Positions 30,271-37,917 of a stretch of 37,917 bases of DNA are shown here, in pieces. A program made the position numbers and the translations under genes. Numbering within the stretch: position 1 is the stretch's first letter; each line of letters opens with the position of its first letter. Source of the stretch: a virus; the IMG/VR virus record IMGVR_UViG_2648501563_000006, positions 1 to 37,917 of that record. The stretch is one strand, 5' to 3'. The notes beneath the pieces were generated by a model, which had not been told where the DNA came from, did no database searches, and worked only from the letters and a program-made list of their open reading frames with translations.

Positions 30271-30863
30271 CATTTGCAGCATACACATCAGGGATTCCAA
30301 ACCCTCCAAATGATCCATCGGTGGATGTTTTCACGATGCAATCTAACGTTAATGCTATACCTCAATTAATTGACGTAGATCATGTCGGATTTAATAGCAC
30401 ATACGGTGGTACACATGCACAAGTGCAACTACAAGAATTATCGGGTATTGCCCCTCCAGGTGTACCAACAGGATTGGTAGGAAACGGCTTTGGAACATTA
30501 TATACAAATGTAATAAATGGAAATGGGGAACTTTGGTATGTTAGAGGAGCATCTACGACAGGTATTCAACTAACAGGTCCAGGAACACCTACAGTTTCAT
30601 CCAATGGTTATACATTTTTACCGGGTGGAATTTTAATGGAGTGGGGTAATTTTACAGCAACGAATATTTCTACAAAAGCTGTAACGTTTCCATTGGCATT
30701 TCCAAATAATGTGTTCAATGTACAAGTTACTTATGTGGTAAGTGATAGCAGTACGATACGAAATGGAGTCGAAAGTGGAACGATATCAAAAACAGGATTT
30801 ACATGGATAGGTACTTCTACAAGTAGTCTAATTTCAGTTTATTGGACAGCAGTGGGAAATTAA
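30267..30863 (+). CDS. short tail-fibre-like / receptor-binding protein (198 aa)
   Basis: The C-terminal GYTFLPGGILMEWGNFTA....KAVTFPLAFPNNVFNVQV resembles the common tail-fibre C-terminal domain (gp53-like, from memory). Confidence 0.5.
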   Translation: MTFAAYTSGIPNPPNDPSVDVFTMQSNVNAIPQLIDVDHVGFNSTYGGTHAQVQLQELSGIAPPGVPTGLVGNGFGTLYTNVINGNGELWYVRGASTTGIQLTGPGTPTVSSNGYTFLPGGILMEWGNFTATNISTKAVTFPLAFPNNVFNVQVTYVVSDSSTIRNGVESGTISKTGFTWIGTSTSSLISVYWTAVGN

Positions 30864-30864
30864 T

Positions 30865-33540
30865 ATGGGCGAAAAAATAATCGTTGGTCCAATAAATAGA
30901 GGTCTAAGAACAGATAGGACGCCGTTTGTAATAGATAACGACTCCTTTCCGACACTCATAAATGCCTATCAATGGCGTGGAAGGGTTAAAAGAAAACGAG
31001 GAACCTCCTTATTGGGAAGATTACAACGAATTATAGGTACAACCGATAATACGGGAGCCATAACAGTAACGATTTCTCCAACGCCGATCCTATCAGGATT
31101 AGTTTCATTTAATATCGGTACAGATATATTCACTGATCCGGGAGGCACGAGTCCCGTTACCTTAATAACTAATGGATCAGGAACAGCCACTTTAAATAGG
31201 ACATCCGGGCTTTTAACCGTTACAGGATCGATTGCTTCTTCTGGTGTAATATATTTCCCTACGCTACCCGTCATGGGTTTAGAAGATTTACAATTACAAT
31301 CTTCCCAGTACCCAGGAAATATCGCATTTGATACAGATTATGCATATAATATTGCATCTACCTCCCCAGTGACAATTACAGATGTAAGTTTTTATAAAAA
31401 TCCATTAGCTAGTGCTACATTACCCGGATATGTTCCTAAAAGTAATCTTACTCCATTATATTGGAACGGAAAAGATTACCAGCAATTTTGGTCAACTAAC
31501 TATGAGAACGCATTTTGGGCAACAAATGGCATAGATGTGCCCTATACAGGTTCTACAATAGGAATGCAATTTAAAACAATCAGTACTATAACGGCCACTA
31601 CCTCAACTACAGCTACAATATCTATAACATCTCATGGACTAGTAGTAGGAGATTTTATTTTCGTAAATGAAGTTTCAAATACAATGACGGGTATAAATTT
31701 TCAAACAGGTTACGTTACTACTGTTAATATTGATGGAAATACATTTATAGCTACATTTCCATTTGCTTCATTAGCCGGAAGCGCTTCTTCAGGTATAGTG
31801 CAATATCTTACAAATACAGCAGTTCCCGGAAAAGATTGTTTGCGATGGTATGATGGATCTCCCTCTGGTGGAACAGGAACAGGTTGGGTAAATTTTATGC
31901 CACCTTTGTCTCAAGGCATTTATTCGATTTCCGATTTACCACAAAGACAATATTATCTGGTTGGAGCTAAAATCATAATACCATTTCGAGACAGATTATT
32001 ATTTTTTGGTGTAGTTGTCCAGGCGTCATCAGGAAATCCTATTTATCTACAAGATACGGTAATATGGAGTCAGAATGGCACACCTTATTATAATTGTTCG
32101 TATACAAATACCCCAACTGCTACTGTCGATACACCAGTCAATGCAACTAACGTTTTTAATGCTATATTAACGCCAATAAATCAAGTAGCTACTTCACCCG
32201 CATTCTTCGAAGATCAGTTTGGTTTTGGTGGATTCATTGCAGCTGGGTTACAACAACCAATAACAGGTGTAGGACCTAATGAAGATGCGTTAATCATAGA
32301 ATTTACTACTATCCAAACTCGGTTTCTTTATACAGGAAACGATCTCGATCCGTTCAATTTCTACTTAATTAATGCGGAATTGGGATGTAGTAGTACATTC
32401 TCTGTGATCATTATGGATGAAGGAATTCTATCTCGTGGAAGTAGAGGTTTCATTATAACTAGTCAAACACAATCTATACGTTTTGATTTAGATATCTTAC
32501 CGCAATTTTCAGAGATAAGTTTAACGAATAATGGTGCGGAAAGAGTAACTGCGCAGAGAGATTTTATAAATGAATGGGTATATTTTACCTATCCTTCAAA
32601 TGAAAATACCTATACCTATCCCACACAAACTCTACAATATAATTATCGAGACAGAAGTTGGGGTATCTTTAATGAATCGTATACTACCTATGGACAGTAT
32701 CGAGCTAACACAGGTGATACATGGTTAACAATAGGTTATAACAGTTGGAATGCTTGGACTGTTCCCTGGACTTCCGGCACGTCTACTTTATTAGAACCTA
32801 AAATAATAGCGGGAAATCAGCAAGGTTTTATATTAATTCGTGATCAAGGAACTAATGAAGCAACATCACTATATATCCAAAATATAGTAGGAAGTGTGAT
32901 GACTTGTACTAATCACTGTCTTAATAATGGTGACTACATAGTAATAAGTGGTGTACAAGGAACTATAGGATCGTCGGTTAATGGAATGGTGTTTTCGGTA
33001 TCCTCTCCGTCCGTTAATTCATTCAATTTAAATCCTTCTATTCCATCAGGAACATATTTAGGCGGTGGTTTTATAACAAGGATGTATAATCCTCTGATTC
33101 AAACGAAACAATTTCCTGTTTCATGGCAAATGTCCAAGAAAACCAGATTAGGGCCACAACAATATTTATTTTCTACCACAGACAATGCACAAATTCAAGT
33201 TTCAATTTTTTTAAGCCAAGATTCAGAAAACTCATGGAGTAATCCAAATAATAACACACCACCCAATGGATTAATTTACTCACAAGTTCTTTATACATGT
33301 CCTGAAAGCACTAATTTAGGATTGACTCCTGCCAATGTAAATTTACAAATGCCTCTTACACCTGCTTTACAATCACAAACATGGCATCGAATAAATACAT
33401 CATTGATAGGAGATACAATACAAATAGGTTTTAATATGTCAGACTCTCAAATGAGAGATCCAACGTTAACTAATCAATTTTCAGAAATAGAATTGCATGC
33501 ATTTATATTGGATGTTTCACCTTCACAGGTATTGGCATGA
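30865..33540 (+). CDS. large tail structural protein (891 aa); tail tubular B / nozzle candidate
   Basis: Size and order. Contains two copies of the HG-type beta-module (ITSHGLVVGDFIFV..., CTNHCLNNGDYIVISGVQG...). Confidence 0.55.
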   Translation: MGEKIIVGPINRGLRTDRTPFVIDNDSFPTLINAYQWRGRVKRKRGTSLLGRLQRIIGTTDNTGAITVTISPTPILSGLVSFNIGTDIFTDPGGTSPVTLITNGSGTATLNRTSGLLTVTGSIASSGVIYFPTLPVMGLEDLQLQSSQYPGNIAFDTDYAYNIASTSPVTITDVSFYKNPLASATLPGYVPKSNLTPLYWNGKDYQQFWSTNYENAFWATNGIDVPYTGSTIGMQFKTISTITATTSTTATISITSHGLVVGDFIFVNEVSNTMTGINFQTGYVTTVNIDGNTFIATFPFASLAGSASSGIVQYLTNTAVPGKDCLRWYDGSPSGGTGTGWVNFMPPLSQGIYSISDLPQRQYYLVGAKIIIPFRDRLLFFGVVVQASSGNPIYLQDTVIWSQNGTPYYNCSYTNTPTATVDTPVNATNVFNAILTPINQVATSPAFFEDQFGFGGFIAAGLQQPITGVGPNEDALIIEFTTIQTRFLYTGNDLDPFNFYLINAELGCSSTFSVIIMDEGILSRGSRGFIITSQTQSIRFDLDILPQFSEISLTNNGAERVTAQRDFINEWVYFTYPSNENTYTYPTQTLQYNYRDRSWGIFNESYTTYGQYRANTGDTWLTIGYNSWNAWTVPWTSGTSTLLEPKIIAGNQQGFILIRDQGTNEATSLYIQNIVGSVMTCTNHCLNNGDYIVISGVQGTIGSSVNGMVFSVSSPSVNSFNLNPSIPSGTYLGGGFITRMYNPLIQTKQFPVSWQMSKKTRLGPQQYLFSTTDNAQIQVSIFLSQDSENSWSNPNNNTPPNGLIYSQVLYTCPESTNLGLTPANVNLQMPLTPALQSQTWHRINTSLIGDTIQIGFNMSDSQMRDPTLTNQFSEIELHAFILDVSPSQVLA

Positions 33541-34052
33541 GTACTACACAAAATTCCGGTCGACCTAATGGTGCGCCTTATCTTAGAACATCTAGAGAAT
33601 TTCCTGAGGATCCTAAAAAGTTAACTCTGCAGATTAGTAAGAGTTACATAGAGATCGCGAATGCAGTAAATAGTAGAACGATCTCAATATTTCCTATTTC
33701 TAATAGCATCCCCACAGGGGAAACATGGTATATCAATTCTACAACAGATTTGACAACAAATAACAATCAAAGACAACAGACTGTCAGACAAGTATACGTG
33801 TTTTCTACTATAGACACTGGAGCTACATTATATATTCCGCATTATATCACTAACTTTGTCATGTTTTCCAAAATTTATGGCACTTGTTATACCAATCTGC
33901 CAGATTATAGACCCATTCCCTATGCTTCAGTTGCTGCGAATACCAATATCGATGTTAGAGTCGATACTACAAATATTTATGTGGCTAATGGAACGGGATC
34001 ACCACAAATAAATTCCGGCATGATAATATTAGAATGGTTAACGTCTGTTTAA
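33537..34052 (+). CDS. structural protein (171 aa)
   Basis: ATGA-coupled ORF. Confidence 0.5.
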   Translation: MSTTQNSGRPNGAPYLRTSREFPEDPKKLTLQISKSYIEIANAVNSRTISIFPISNSIPTGETWYINSTTDLTTNNNQRQQTVRQVYVFSTIDTGATLYIPHYITNFVMFSKIYGTCYTNLPDYRPIPYASVAANTNIDVRVDTTNIYVANGTGSPQINSGMIILEWLTSV

Positions 34053-34093
34053 AAATAATAGTTGATGATATTCTGAAAAGAAAGAGGTGACAA

Positions 34094-34672
34094 ATGAATT
34101 CGATGAATGGCTTTGGTGGTCCTGTAAATAGAGCGAAGCCACATGCTCCATCAGGTTATAAATACGCTGAAAATTATACTCCAGAACAATGGAACGCCTA
34201 TGATAAATCACAAAACCTTTTTGATCCGGAAAGTTTATCCTATAGATTAGCACATGGTGATCAGGAAGCGTACAACGAATTAGAAGCTCCGGCATTGCGT
34301 CAATTCAGTCAACTACAAGGGAATATAGCCTCACGCTTTAGCGGTGGTGGTGGGGGAGCAGGAGCGTTAAGTTCAAGAAGAAGTAGCGGATTTCAAAATG
34401 CATTATCTTCTGCGGGTTCAAACTTTGCTCAGGACTTACAAGCACAACGTTTAGGACTAAGACAACAAGCTATTAAGGATCTACAAGGCATGTACAATGA
34501 TTTCTTAAGACAAGAGCCTTATAGTCTGCAAGCTAAGCCACAACAACAGCCAAGTGGATGGGGTGGAATATTGGGCGCAGGTCTTGGTGGTTTAGGCGGT
34601 TTTTTTGCAGGTGGTCCTTCTGGAGCATTATCAGGAGCTCAATTAGGATATGGAATAGGTTCAGGATTTTAA
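34094..34672 (+). CDS. internal virion / ejection protein candidate with a Gly-zipper C-terminus
   Basis: gaggtgacaa precedes the ATG. C-terminal GWGGILGAGLGGLGGFFAGGPSGALSGAQLGYGIGSGF. Confidence 0.5.
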   Translation: MNSMNGFGGPVNRAKPHAPSGYKYAENYTPEQWNAYDKSQNLFDPESLSYRLAHGDQEAYNELEAPALRQFSQLQGNIASRFSGGGGGAGALSSRRSSGFQNALSSAGSNFAQDLQAQRLGLRQQAIKDLQGMYNDFLRQEPYSLQAKPQQQPSGWGGILGAGLGGLGGFFAGGPSGALSGAQLGYGIGSGF

Positions 34673-34685
34673 TAATAGGTAATAT

Positions 34686-35993
34686 ATGGTTCAAATCATC
34701 CCGGCAAATCCAACAAAACAGTCATTTTCTCAGAAATTAGCAGGTGGTATAGGAAGAGGGTTAGAGATAGGCTCACAACTGTATGGAGAACATCAACAAA
34801 AACAATTATTAGCTCAAGAGAAACAAAGCGCCACTGATGCTATTCTACAATTGACCGGAAAAGATACATCCGGATTACCGTTGGAAATGCAAAAAGAATA
34901 TTTGTCTAAGGCACTTCAAGGTCAAAATGAACAAGCCAAACAGCAATCTAAATATCAATCTCAACTTGATTTGATGAAACAACTCGGACTCAATTTAGGT
35001 GAAGAAGAGGAAAATGAACCTACACAGGGACAGAGATTCGAAAAAAAACAACCTAAAGGCATTCTTAAACCTGAGTATGAAAATCTTGCATCTGAAAATA
35101 AACGAGCACAACCTTCAAAGCTAATTCCTGAAAATAAGATTCAAGCTATGGCATTAATTAATCCGGCTGTAGCTGACAAAATGCAAAAGCATAATGATAA
35201 TATAATGACTCAACAGAGACATGAAGAAGACATTGAACAGAAAAGATTTGAATCAGAAAGAAATTATCATACAAAAGCAACCATTGAAGCGGATAAAGAA
35301 ATTGAACAATTGCGTTCAGTAATACCTAAAAAAGAAATGGCTTTAGATTTTGCAAGAGGAGCTATAGAATCTGGAGAAATTGGAGCTTTTTCTCTTGCAA
35401 ATTTAGCTGAACGAACTGGTATTAATGAATTACAAAATGCTAAAGGTGCTCAATTAATTACAGCAGCTAAAGAAAATCTTTTATCTAATATGGGTCGAGT
35501 TAGTTCAAAAGGACAAAATCTTTGGTTTGAACAAAGATTAAATTCTATGTTTCCTAAAGTGGGTCAATCTGAAGAAGCAAATTTAACAATTCAAGAAATG
35601 TTGGATGCAGAAATCGCTTTAGATAAATTATATTTAGAAGAATATGATCGGTTAACTGAATCAGATGAAAAGAATTTTGGTTATGGAAGAAAAGATAGGG
35701 CAAAAAGAGCTCGATTAGCTATTAAACCAATGGAAAATCATGTGTTTAATCGTGCTGTATTTAGAATGAAGGAAATAGAGGAACAAGAAAAAGGATTAAG
35801 TGATATAAAAAAGAAAGTCGGTAAAAATGTTGATAAAGGAACTCCTTTAACTTTAGCAATGGCTAAATTATATTATGAAAAATATGGCGATGAAGCCGCA
35901 AAAATTGCTGAGAAAAATGGATATAAAATACCAACTTTAGAAGATTATAAATCATTTAGAGAACCTTCCCGCGAATTCCGAGAGGAGTTGTAA
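34686..35993 (+). CDS. internal virion protein candidate (435 aa, charged/coiled-coil)
   Basis: ORF track; T7-like gene order (inference). Confidence 0.5.
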   Translation: MVQIIPANPTKQSFSQKLAGGIGRGLEIGSQLYGEHQQKQLLAQEKQSATDAILQLTGKDTSGLPLEMQKEYLSKALQGQNEQAKQQSKYQSQLDLMKQLGLNLGEEEENEPTQGQRFEKKQPKGILKPEYENLASENKRAQPSKLIPENKIQAMALINPAVADKMQKHNDNIMTQQRHEEDIEQKRFESERNYHTKATIEADKEIEQLRSVIPKKEMALDFARGAIESGEIGAFSLANLAERTGINELQNAKGAQLITAAKENLLSNMGRVSSKGQNLWFEQRLNSMFPKVGQSEEANLTIQEMLDAEIALDKLYLEEYDRLTESDEKNFGYGRKDRAKRARLAIKPMENHVFNRAVFRMKEIEEQEKGLSDIKKKVGKNVDKGTPLTLAMAKLYYEKYGDEAAKIAEKNGYKIPTLEDYKSFREPSREFREEL

Positions 35994-35995
35994 TA

Positions 35996-37375
35996 ATGAA
36001 TAATACCATATTTGAATTGGTAAGAGAGAAACCGACAGAAGGCAAAGATGGTTTTTTGGAAATGGCGAAGAATGCACCTCAACCAAAAGACGATTCTTAT
36101 TTAAATTCCATTGCAGATTATGCAAAAACTTTTCTAAAGGGTTCAATAGAAGGAATGCAAAATTTAAGTAATATAATGGCGCCTTCAATTAGGACTCCTG
36201 AAATAAAAGAAGGTAAATTTCAGTTTGGTCTTACACCTTCGGAAAGATCGGAAAAATTGACAGAATCATTAGATGAATTATTGCCAACAGATGAGAGATA
36301 TATTCAAAGATCTATAAGAAGGGGATTAAATCAAGCTCCGTCTACGTTAGCTTTTCCTGGAACTCAATTATCTTCTTTACCTCGCTCCATAATTGCAGGA
36401 TTTGCTGGAGAGGGCGCAAAATCTCTTAATTTACCTGAGTGGGCACAAACAGCAGCTGAATTGACAGCATATATTGGACCAGATATAACAAAAAAACTTT
36501 TAAAAACAGGAAGTAATAAAGAAATAATTGAATTTGCGAAAAAAATGGGAATGACAGATGAACAGATCACACCTTTACTACAATCAGAATTTAAACAAAA
36601 ATGGTTATCTAAACTCTCTCCTAAACGAGGTTCAACTGAAGTAGCTTTGAAGAATACAAAAAAAGGACTTCAAGAATCATATAATTCTATTCAGAAATCA
36701 GAAAAAGCTTTAGTAGAAATATCAGAAATAGAAAATGGAAAACTCATTAATTCCTTGATGGAAAAAATCGATGAAATGCCTAGTCATATAAAATCAGAAA
36801 TAGAAAAAGATCTTCAAGAATTATTAAATAATAAAATTACTGGAAGATCGTTAATGAATTTTTTCAAAGACATTAATTCTAAATTTTCACAAAACACAAA
36901 TGAACTTTCTCTTTTAAAAAAACCTATAACTGATGCATTAAAAACAATATCTCCTGAAGTAGCTAAAGATTTTGAGATGGTAAATAATCTTTATACTAAA
37001 TATTATCGAATCGCATCTCGTTTAAAACCAAATCTCATGAGTGATATAATTGGAGCTGGAAAAGCTTTGGGGATAGGTATTTCCACATTAGGAGCATTGA
37101 CAGTCGGATATTATCCTCCATTAATTCATTTATTAGGGGAAAAAGCTGCTTCTAAATTAGCACAACATCTTTTGATAAATCCTAGATTACAGCAATTATC
37201 TGAAAAAATGATTATAGCAATGAATGAAAATAAGTTTGGAGTTATAAAAAAATTAATAAAATCTTTCGTTAATCAGATCAAAAATCAATCTCCTGAAACT
37301 GCAAGGGCTTTAGAAAATATTTCAGACAAAGATTTAGAGGAATTTCTTATGAATCAAAAAGAAAAAGCTGAATAA
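35996..37375 (+). CDS. internal virion protein candidate (459 aa)
   Basis: ORF track. Hydrophobic segment GAGKALGIGISTLGALTVGYYPPLI. Confidence 0.5.
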   Translation: MNNTIFELVREKPTEGKDGFLEMAKNAPQPKDDSYLNSIADYAKTFLKGSIEGMQNLSNIMAPSIRTPEIKEGKFQFGLTPSERSEKLTESLDELLPTDERYIQRSIRRGLNQAPSTLAFPGTQLSSLPRSIIAGFAGEGAKSLNLPEWAQTAAELTAYIGPDITKKLLKTGSNKEIIEFAKKMGMTDEQITPLLQSEFKQKWLSKLSPKRGSTEVALKNTKKGLQESYNSIQKSEKALVEISEIENGKLINSLMEKIDEMPSHIKSEIEKDLQELLNNKITGRSLMNFFKDINSKFSQNTNELSLLKKPITDALKTISPEVAKDFEMVNNLYTKYYRIASRLKPNLMSDIIGAGKALGIGISTLGALTVGYYPPLIHLLGEKAASKLAQHLLINPRLQQLSEKMIIAMNENKFGVIKKLIKSFVNQIKNQSPETARALENISDKDLEEFLMNQKEKAE

Positions 37376-37402
37376 AAACCAAAGCGAATATTCCTAAAAT
37401 AA

Positions 37403-37591
37403 TCATTTTCTTACTCCCTCTTTAAGCAAATCATAAAACATAACATGTAATGTATCCATTCTAGAATTGGCCGCATCGATTCTAGACGAATTAGATATCC
37501 ATAAAGTTATCAGAATAGCTGCTATAGCTATATTTACGCCAATAATAGCTAAAGTATCTGCGTGATTCTTAAAAAAATTTTCTTTTTCCAT
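37403..37591 (-). CDS. small single-TM membrane protein (62 aa); holin-like by shape only
   Basis: aaggagg SD. TM segment TLAIIGVNIAIAAILITLWI. Confidence 0.5.
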   Translation of the reverse strand: MEKENFFKNHADTLAIIGVNIAIAAILITLWISNSSRIDAANSRMDTLHVMFYDLLKEGVRK

Positions 37592-37620
37592 TATTTTCCT
37601 CCTTTATTTCTCTCTTCATA

Positions 37621-37636
37621 CGTATAATAATATACG
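37621..37636 (-). promoter_or_regulatory. promoter-like palindrome CGTATAATAATATACG (inverted copy of 14674-14688)
   Basis: See 14674-14688. Lies in the divergent region between gene 37403..37591 (-) and the fibre gene 37737 (+). Confidence 0.35.
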
Positions 37637-37736
37637 CTATCTAATTTATAAACAAGTACCAATCTTTTCTTTAAATTTTCGTATCTTTAAATTTAAATAA
37701 AATTTAAATTATAAATTGAACAAAAAAGGAGTCCAT

Positions 37737-37917
37737 ATGTCTTACCAACCAGGCGCAAATATTTATACACAAGGTTTCGGAAGTCGTCCAGAAAATGTTG
37801 AGGTTCCACACCTAGACGTACGGGCTCCTAATACAACTGACTATCAATATCCTATCGGTAAACGATGGATAGATCAAGTTGGACTTAATGACTATACTTT
37901 AGTTGGAATAACATCAA
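37737..37917 (+). CDS. tail fibre protein, 5' portion (continues at nt 1..1051 through the junction)
   Basis: aaaggag SD. MSYQPGANIYTQGFGSRPENVEVPHLDVRAPNTTDYQYPIGKRWIDQVGLNDYTLVGITS. The frame is open to the window end. Confidence 0.75.
   Translation, partial: MSYQPGANIYTQGFGSRPENVEVPHLDVRAPNTTDYQYPIGKRWIDQVGLNDYTLVGITS
37817..37917. repeat. terminal overlap, second copy of nt 1..101
   Basis: Identical by direct reading. Confidence 0.95.

Overview
This window is essentially a complete, circularly closed, AT-rich tailed-phage genome of about 37.8 kb. Nt 1-101 are identical to 37817-37917, giving a unique length of 37,816 nt by my count.
Layout:
- Tail-fibre and tailspike cluster on the + strand (37737, across the junction, to 6121).
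- Leftward early/recombination module (6118-9115, - strand): small ORFs, a YqaJ-type exonuclease and RecT.
- Divergent promoter/operator region and a Cro-like HTH (9337-9576).
- Repeat-dense putative origin (9735-10064 and 10463-10609). It brackets a GroES-like co-chaperonin gene and precedes a putative replication initiator.
- Xis/AlpA-like HTH, a RusA resolvase and small ORFs.
- Packaging genes: TerS-like 13634-14161 and TerL 14910-16199.
- A 1.4-kb two-gene antisense cassette between terL and a decayed duplicate of the terL 3' end.
- Portal, small virion proteins, scaffold and major capsid gene, then a podovirus-like tail and internal-virion-protein block (26553-37375).
By eye I found no tRNA, rRNA, CRISPR, integrase, DNA polymerase or recognisable endolysin.
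The standout is the major capsid gene (23227-26541). Five related group I introns break it into six exons. One intron carries a LAGLIDADG homing-endonuclease ORF and one carries a 72-aa Cys-rich ORF. The splice sites are supported by compensatory P1 guide-sequence pairings at four of the five introns (no convincing P1 found for I-2), U at -1, a terminal G, shared core and peripheral hairpins, and restoration of a single 323-codon reading frame.
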